Shown here: positions 58,741-64,000 of the stretch, one piece after another
Layout of the letters: each line of letters begins with the position of its first letter
Position numbering within the stretch: the first letter of the stretch is position 1
DNA from: Chthoniobacteraceae bacterium
Lineage (GTDB): Bacteria; Verrucomicrobiota; Verrucomicrobiia; Chthoniobacterales; Chthoniobacteraceae
Length of the DNA stretch: 64,000 nucleotides
Assembly (NCBI GenBank): GCA_031409335.1
Contig: JANNWY010000307.1
Span: forward strand, 78,407-142,406
Reading direction: 5' to 3'
Program-made: the position numbers and the translations under genes
The notes under the pieces: generated by a model
Seen by the model: the letters and a program-made list of their open reading frames with translations, nothing else
Databases searched by the model: none
Told to the model about the DNA's origin: nothing

Positions 58741-59184
58741 TTGAAAACCAAACCCAAGACCAAACAACTCACCGGCGCAGACTTCATTGCGTTCATCACC
58801 CGCGGAGCATCCCTGCTCACTCCGGCATCCGTCCAGCAGCTCGTCTCCGACCTGCCGGATTTGCGCGAACGCTTTGGCCTTCTGCGCGAAGCCGGATATC
58901 CCGACGCCGAGCAGCAGCTCCACTTTCTTTCGCAGATCGTCGAACTGGTGTGGACCGATCAGTATCGCGACATGCCTTATGGTGCCGCGCTCGAGGCCGC
59001 CTTTGCTGTCTCCTATTTCGCCCGCGAGGGCGATCTCATCCCCGACACCCTCGGGGCGATCGGCCTCATCGACGACATCGCCGTCGCGCAGACCGTGCTG
59101 TTGCGGAACGTAGATGCGTTCGAAGCGTTCACCGCCACCACGAAGCTGCCCTCGCCAAACATTTCGTTACCCACGCGCGCCTGA
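58741..59184 (+). CDS. DUF1232 (YkvA) family protein, second paralogue
   Basis: AVSYF...DLIPDTLGAIGLIDDIAV. Start is uncertain (58693 ATG or 58741 TTG). Confidence 0.78.
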   Translation: MKTKPKTKQLTGADFIAFITRGASLLTPASVQQLVSDLPDLRERFGLLREAGYPDAEQQLHFLSQIVELVWTDQYRDMPYGAALEAAFAVSYFAREGDLIPDTLGAIGLIDDIAVAQTVLLRNVDAFEAFTATTKLPSPNISLPTRA

Positions 59185-59229
59185 TCGCCTCCGGCAGCGT
59201 TCTCATCTCGCTTCGCAGAAAATCATTGA

Positions 59230-60192
59230 ATGACTAACAACACCTGGCTCTGGATCGGCTTCAACCTCTTCGTCCTCTTCATGCTCGCGCTCGACCTTGG
59301 CGTCTTCCACCGGAAGGCACATGTGGTCTCGTTTCGCGAAGCCATCGCTTGGACGGTCGCCTGGGTCACGCTGGCCATGCTCTTCAACATGGGCATCTGG
59401 TATTACGCCGGAGCGCAGAAAGCCCTGGAATTCACCACCGGCTACGTCATCGAATACTCGCTGAGCGTCGATAACATCTTCGTCTTCGCGATGCTGTTTT
59501 CCTATTTCGCGGTGCCGCCGCTTTATCAGCACCGCGTGCTCTTTTGGGGCATCCTCGGCGCGCTCGTCCTGCGCGCTCTCATGATCGTCGCTGGCACAGT
59601 GCTCATCACGAAGTTCGCGTGGATCATCTACGTCTTCGGCGCGTTTCTCATCCTCACGGGCATTAAGATGATCGTGAAGCGCGAGGAGGAGATTCATCCC
59701 GAGCGCAACCCGGTGGTGCGCTGGTTTAAGAAACTCATGCCCGTGACCAGCGACTATCGCGGCGACAAATTTTTCGTTCGCGAAAATGGCGTCCGCATGG
59801 CTACGCCGCTCTTCGTCGTGCTCTTGCTCGTGGAAGTCTCGGACGTGATTTTCGCGGTCGATTCCATCCCGGCGATATTCGCCGTCACGAAGGATGCTTT
59901 CATTGTCTATACCTCGAACGTCTTCGCCATCCTTGGCCTGCGCTCGCTCTACTTCGCGCTCGCGGGCGTGCTGGACAAATTCCACTACCTCAAGATCGGT
60001 CTCGGTGTGGTGCTGACCTTTGTCGGCGTGAAGATGCTGCTCGGGCATACCGCTTACAAGATCGACACACTCGTCTCGCTCGGCGTGATCGTTGCCGTGC
60101 TGGCCACCTCGATCATCGTGTCGCTGCTGCGGCCGAAGAAAGCGGAGTTGCATCTCGGCCACGCTCCGGTTGTGACCCCTTCGGAACCCTGA
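59230..60192 (+). CDS. terC: TerC/Alx family metal-homeostasis membrane protein (copy 1)
   Basis: EYSLSVDNIFVF, DVIFAVDSIPA and SNVFAILGLR motifs. Confidence 0.92.
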   Translation: MTNNTWLWIGFNLFVLFMLALDLGVFHRKAHVVSFREAIAWTVAWVTLAMLFNMGIWYYAGAQKALEFTTGYVIEYSLSVDNIFVFAMLFSYFAVPPLYQHRVLFWGILGALVLRALMIVAGTVLITKFAWIIYVFGAFLILTGIKMIVKREEEIHPERNPVVRWFKKLMPVTSDYRGDKFFVRENGVRMATPLFVVLLLVEVSDVIFAVDSIPAIFAVTKDAFIVYTSNVFAILGLRSLYFALAGVLDKFHYLKIGLGVVLTFVGVKMLLGHTAYKIDTLVSLGVIVAVLATSIIVSLLRPKKAELHLGHAPVVTPSEP

Positions 60193-60280
60193 TGAGCATC
60201 GTCCTAGCCGCGCGCGCCCCGTTGCAAAGCGGGGCAGATTGCGGCTTAACCATCAACGTTTCCACACACCATCGTAACTA

Positions 60281-61243
60281 ATGACTGACAACCTCTGGCT
60301 CTGGATCGGCTTCAACGTCTTCGTCCTCCTCATGCTCGCGCTCGACCTTGGCGTCTTCCATCGGAAGGCGCACGTCGTGACTTTCAAGGAGTCGATGGCG
60401 TGGACCGTCGTCTGGATCACGCTCGCGCTGGTCTTCAACGTCGGCGTTTACCACTACATGGGATCGCAGAAGGGGCTCGAGTTCTTCACCGGCTACGTCA
60501 TCGAGAAGTCGCTCAGCGTGGATAACGTCTTTGTCTTCGCGCTGCTCTTTTCCTACTTCGCGGTGCCGCCGCTTTATCAGCACAAGGTGCTCTTCTGGGG
60601 CATCCTCGGCGCGTTGATCATGCGGGCGATCATGATCTTCCTCGGCGCGGCGCTGATCGAACGCTTCACTTGGATCATCTACGTCTTCGGCGCGTTCCTC
60701 ATTCTCACGGGCATCAAGATGATCGTGAAGCGCGACGAGGAAATCCACCCCGAGCGCAACCCGCTGGTGCGGTGGTTTAAGAAGCTCATGCCGGTGACGA
60801 ACGACTATCGGGGCGATAAATTCTTCGTGCGGGAAAATGGCATCCGCATGGCTACGCCGCTCTTTGTGGTGCTGCTGCTCGTCGAGTTCTCCGATCTCAT
60901 CTTTGCGGTCGATTCGATCCCCGCGATCTTCGCCGTCACCAAGGATCCGTTCATCGTTTATACATCGAACGTCTTCGCCATCCTCGGCCTGCGTTCACTC
61001 TACTTCGCCCTCGCGGGAGTGATGGATAAGTTTCATTACCTCAAGATCGGCCTGGGTGTCGTGCTCGCCTTCGTCGGTGTGAAGATGCTACTCGGGCATA
61101 CCGCTTACAAGATCGACACACTCGTCTCGCTCGGCGTGATCGTTTCGGTGCTCGCCATCTCGATCATCGTGTCGCTGCTGCGACCGAAGCAAGCCGTGCT
61201 GCGCCTCGGCCATGCCCCGGGGACGACTCCTGAGCAGCCCTGA
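60281..61243 (+). CDS. terC: TerC/Alx family protein (copy 2)
   Basis: EKSLSVDNVFVF and DLIFAVDSIPA; same length (320 aa) and very similar to copy 1. Confidence 0.92.
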   Translation: MTDNLWLWIGFNVFVLLMLALDLGVFHRKAHVVTFKESMAWTVVWITLALVFNVGVYHYMGSQKGLEFFTGYVIEKSLSVDNVFVFALLFSYFAVPPLYQHKVLFWGILGALIMRAIMIFLGAALIERFTWIIYVFGAFLILTGIKMIVKRDEEIHPERNPLVRWFKKLMPVTNDYRGDKFFVRENGIRMATPLFVVLLLVEFSDLIFAVDSIPAIFAVTKDPFIVYTSNVFAILGLRSLYFALAGVMDKFHYLKIGLGVVLAFVGVKMLLGHTAYKIDTLVSLGVIVSVLAISIIVSLLRPKQAVLRLGHAPGTTPEQP

Positions 61244-62574
61244 TGAGCGTCGTCTTTGTCGAAATCCTGATCGTCGTCGCGCTGTTCATCGCGAATGGAG
61301 TCTTTGCGATGAGCGAGATGGCTGTCGTGTCGTCGCGCAAGTCGCGGCTCAAGCAAATGGCGGCGGACGGCAACGCGGGTGCGGCCGCGGCGCTGCGCCT
61401 GGCGGAAACGCCGAATCGTTTCCTGCCCACCGTGCAGATCGGTATCACGCTGATCGGTCTGCTGGCCGGTGCCTTCAGCGGCGCGACGCTGGCCGGCGAG
61501 TTGGCCGCGCGGTTGAAGCCGCTGCCGGGTTTCGCGCCGTATGCCGATGCGGTGAGCGTGGGTCTTGTCGTCGTCGCGCTCGCCTTCCTCTCGGTCATCA
61601 TTGGCGAACTCGCGCCGAAACGCATCGCGCTGGCCGCACCGGAGAAGATCGCCAGCCGCCTGGCGCGACCCATCGAGTTACTCAGTCGCCTCGCCCAGCC
61701 AGTGGTCCAACTACTGAGCGGCGCGACCGATCTCCTCCTCCGCCTATTGCGGATCAAACCCAGCCAACCGGCGAGCGTTTCCGAAGACGAAGTGCGGCTC
61801 CTTTTGCGCGAAGGGCGGGAGAGTGGGGTCTTTCTCAAGGAGGAGCCGCGCATGGTGGATTCCGTGCTCTCCTTCGATCGCAGGCCCGTGCGGGAAATCA
61901 TGACGCCGCGCGCGAAGCTCGTTTGCGTGAGCACCGCTGATACCCAGGAAACGCTCTGGCACAAAATCGTCGTCTCCGGCCATTCGAGCTACCCGGTCTT
62001 CGCGCATGATCGCGATCACATCGTCGGTGTGGTCGCGGTGAAAGCCATCTACGCAAACCTCGCCGCGGGTGCCCCGGTGCGCGTGGCCGATCTGCTCACC
62101 GCGCCGCTCTTTGTCGCACCGGACGAGCCAGTGCTGGATGTCCTGAACCAATTCAAACGCACCGGCGTGCATCTCGCCGTGGTGCGGGAAGCGGATGGCC
62201 GCGCCGTCGGACTCGTGACCCTCGTGGACGTGCTGGAAGCCATCGTCGGCGACATTCCCTCGTTCGAAGATCGCCTGCAGCCCAAAGCCCGGCAGCGCCC
62301 GGATGGGTCGTGGCTGGTCGATGGCCAATACGATTTCGCCAAGCTCGCCGCCCTGCTCGGTGTCGCCATCGCGCCGCCCGCTTCCGACGCCAGCGCCACC
62401 CTCGCCGCGTTCGTCAGCGATCAACTCGCCGGTCATCCGCGCGAGGGCGATTGCTTTACCTCCGCTGGTCTGCGCTTCGAGATCATCGACATGGATCGCA
62501 CCTCCGTGGACAAGATCCTCATCGAGCCCGCCGGCACCCCTCGACCCATGGAAACCTCAGTCGCGTCCGCATGA
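61243..62574 (+). CDS. Hemolysin-family CNNM/CorC transporter (DUF21 + 2 CBS + CorC_HlyC)
   Basis: NGVFAMSEMAVVSSR, TVQIGIT, GELAPK, VREIMTPR and DGSWLVDG motifs. Confidence 0.92.
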   Translation: MSVVFVEILIVVALFIANGVFAMSEMAVVSSRKSRLKQMAADGNAGAAAALRLAETPNRFLPTVQIGITLIGLLAGAFSGATLAGELAARLKPLPGFAPYADAVSVGLVVVALAFLSVIIGELAPKRIALAAPEKIASRLARPIELLSRLAQPVVQLLSGATDLLLRLLRIKPSQPASVSEDEVRLLLREGRESGVFLKEEPRMVDSVLSFDRRPVREIMTPRAKLVCVSTADTQETLWHKIVVSGHSSYPVFAHDRDHIVGVVAVKAIYANLAAGAPVRVADLLTAPLFVAPDEPVLDVLNQFKRTGVHLAVVREADGRAVGLVTLVDVLEAIVGDIPSFEDRLQPKARQRPDGSWLVDGQYDFAKLAALLGVAIAPPASDASATLAAFVSDQLAGHPREGDCFTSAGLRFEIIDMDRTSVDKILIEPAGTPRPMETSVASA

Positions 62575-63407
62575 CCCTCCTCGCAAAACGCATCGTCGAT
62601 TCGAGACCGTTCCGCGCCACGATCATCGCGGTGATCCTCCTCGCCGGCGTGCTTGCTGGCGTGGAAACGAGCGCCGCCATGCTCGCGCAACACGGTGCCT
62701 TACTGCACGCGCTTGATGCCGCCGTGCTCGCCATCTTCATCCTCGAGATCGTGCTGAAACTCGTCTCCCACGGCCGCCGCCCGCTCGACTACTTCCGCGA
62801 TGGCTGGAACGTCTTCGACTTCACCATCGTCGCGCTCTGCATACTGCCGGTCGGCGGCCCATTCGCCGCGGTGCTGCGACTCGTGCGGACGCTGCGGCTG
62901 CTGCGACTCGTCACCGCGCTGCCGAAGCTGCAACTCCTCGTCGGCGCGCTCATCAAGAGCCTGAGTTCCATGGGCTACGTCGGACTACTCCTCGGTCTGA
63001 TCTTCTACATCTATGCCGTCACAGGGGTCCATTTGTTTGGGAAGGCATCCCCCGAGTATTTTGGAAGCCTGACCGCCGCCCTGCTCTCACTCTTCCAGAT
63101 GATCACGCTCGATGACTGGAGGACCATGTATGACGGCGCGCAAGCTGCCGCGCCCTTCGCCGCCACCCCTTACTTCGTCAGCTTTATCCTGCTCGGCACG
63201 ATGATCATGCTGAACCTCTTCATCGGCATCGTCATGAACAGCATGGCCGAGATGCACACCGAACTCGACGAGTTGAAGGAAGCCGCCCGAGCCACTGCGG
63301 AAAAAGGCACCGTGCTCAGCGATATAACCGCGCTCGACCAGCAACTCGCCGGTTTGCGATCCCAGCTCGATGCGCTCCGGGCAAAGCTTTCGCAAACCCC
63401 TTCATGA
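62571..63407 (+). CDS. Bacterial voltage-gated cation channel (BacNav/Cav-like, 6TM)
   Basis: FRDGWNVFDF, S4 LRLVRTLRLLRL, pore FQMITLDDW, S6 LNLFIGIV, C-terminal coiled coil. Confidence 0.92.
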   Translation: MTLLAKRIVDSRPFRATIIAVILLAGVLAGVETSAAMLAQHGALLHALDAAVLAIFILEIVLKLVSHGRRPLDYFRDGWNVFDFTIVALCILPVGGPFAAVLRLVRTLRLLRLVTALPKLQLLVGALIKSLSSMGYVGLLLGLIFYIYAVTGVHLFGKASPEYFGSLTAALLSLFQMITLDDWRTMYDGAQAAAPFAATPYFVSFILLGTMIMLNLFIGIVMNSMAEMHTELDELKEAARATAEKGTVLSDITALDQQLAGLRSQLDALRAKLSQTPS

Positions 63408-63649
63408 AAACCAAACACTGGCTGCTCGTGCTCTGGGTGCTCATCGTCTTCGCGCTCCATCAGGATGTGTGGAACTGGACTAAGTCTGGCCCGCTCCTCT
63501 TCGGCCTGCTGCCGCCGGGGTTGACTTATCACCTCGGTTACTCCGTGCTCGCCGCGTTCACCATGGCGCTGCTTGTGCGCTTCGCCTGGCCCGCGCATCT
63601 CGAAGATGAAGCGCCCGGCGACCAACAGCCTCCCACCAAGAAGCCATGA
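63404..63649 (+). CDS. DUF3311-like small membrane partner of an SSS transporter
   Basis: LHQDVWNW...[12 protein letters not shown]...RFAWP; immediately upstream of the symporter. Confidence 0.8.
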   Translation: MKTKHWLLVLWVLIVFALHQDVWNWTKSGPLLFGLLPPGLTYHLGYSVLAAFTMALLVRFAWPAHLEDEAPGDQQPPTKKP

Positions 63650-64000
63650 TCCCCGCCATCGTCGTCTTCATCTACCTCGCGATCATCCTCTACGTGGGGA
63701 TGTTTGCCTTCCGCAAGAGCACCGGCTCAAAGGAGGATTTCTTCCTCGCGAGCCGGTCGCTCGGGCCGTGGGTGTTTCTGCTCACCGTCTTCGGCACGAA
63801 CATGACGGCCTTCGCCATCCTCGGCAGCTCCGGCCTCGCCTATCAGCGCGGCATCGGGGTCTATGGGCTCATGGCTTCATCGTCGGGGCTCATCATTCCG
63901 CTCACCATTTTCCTCATCGGCACGCGGCTGTGGTCGCTCGGGAAGCGGCACGGCTACATGACGCAGGTGCAGTATTTCCGCGACCGCTGGGAGTGCGATG
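63646..64000 (+). CDS. Sodium:solute symporter family protein, 3'-partial
   Basis: [11 protein letters not shown]...[11 protein letters not shown]...[11 protein letters not shown]...[12 protein letters not shown]. Confidence 0.88.
   Translation, partial: MIPAIVVFIYLAIILYVGMFAFRKSTGSKEDFFLASRSLGPWVFLLTVFGTNMTAFAILGSSGLAYQRGIGVYGLMASSSGLIIPLTIFLIGTRLWSLGKRHGYMTQVQYFRDRWECD

Noticed and set aside
60204..60280. yybP-ykoY Mn2+ riboswitch upstream of terC
   Set aside because: A GCCCCG/CGGGGC hairpin is present, but I see no GGGGAGUAG-type core upstream of either terC. An Rfam scan would settle it.
1..64000. tRNA/rRNA genes, integrases, transposases
   Set aside because: None recognised by eye. 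tRNAscan/Rfam were not run, so small RNAs could be missed.

Overview
GC-rich bacterial DNA. The gene content (PEP-CTERM proteins, autotransporter-associated beta-strand repeat proteins with no beta-barrel, DUF1549/1553 plus DUF1501, sulfatase) points to Verrucomicrobiota, probably Chthoniobacterales-like; this is an inference. The window holds four giant beta-helical surface proteins, a phoD/ppx pair with Pho-box-like repeats, and housekeeping genes (proS, namZ, dps). It also holds a DUF6036 nucleotidyltransferase pair, a decaying defence islet (type III mod stub, frameshifted type IIG/ISP R-M gene, HipA stub), and an NhaR-linked ion-homeostasis cluster (HPF-like, 2x DUF1232, 2x TerC, CNNM/CorC, voltage-gated channel, Na+:solute symporter). 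The most notable observations are: (i) the channel has a natural TLDDW selectivity filter resembling engineered Ca2+-selective bacterial channels; (ii) two integrase-free modules (8.3 kb and 3.9 kb) are each bracketed by diverged direct repeats and carry gene stubs at their edges; (iii) several extragenic elements occur, including a MITE, heptamer hairpins sharing an 18-mer, and GTAG REPs. All calls come from reading the sequence and recognising motifs; no searches were run.
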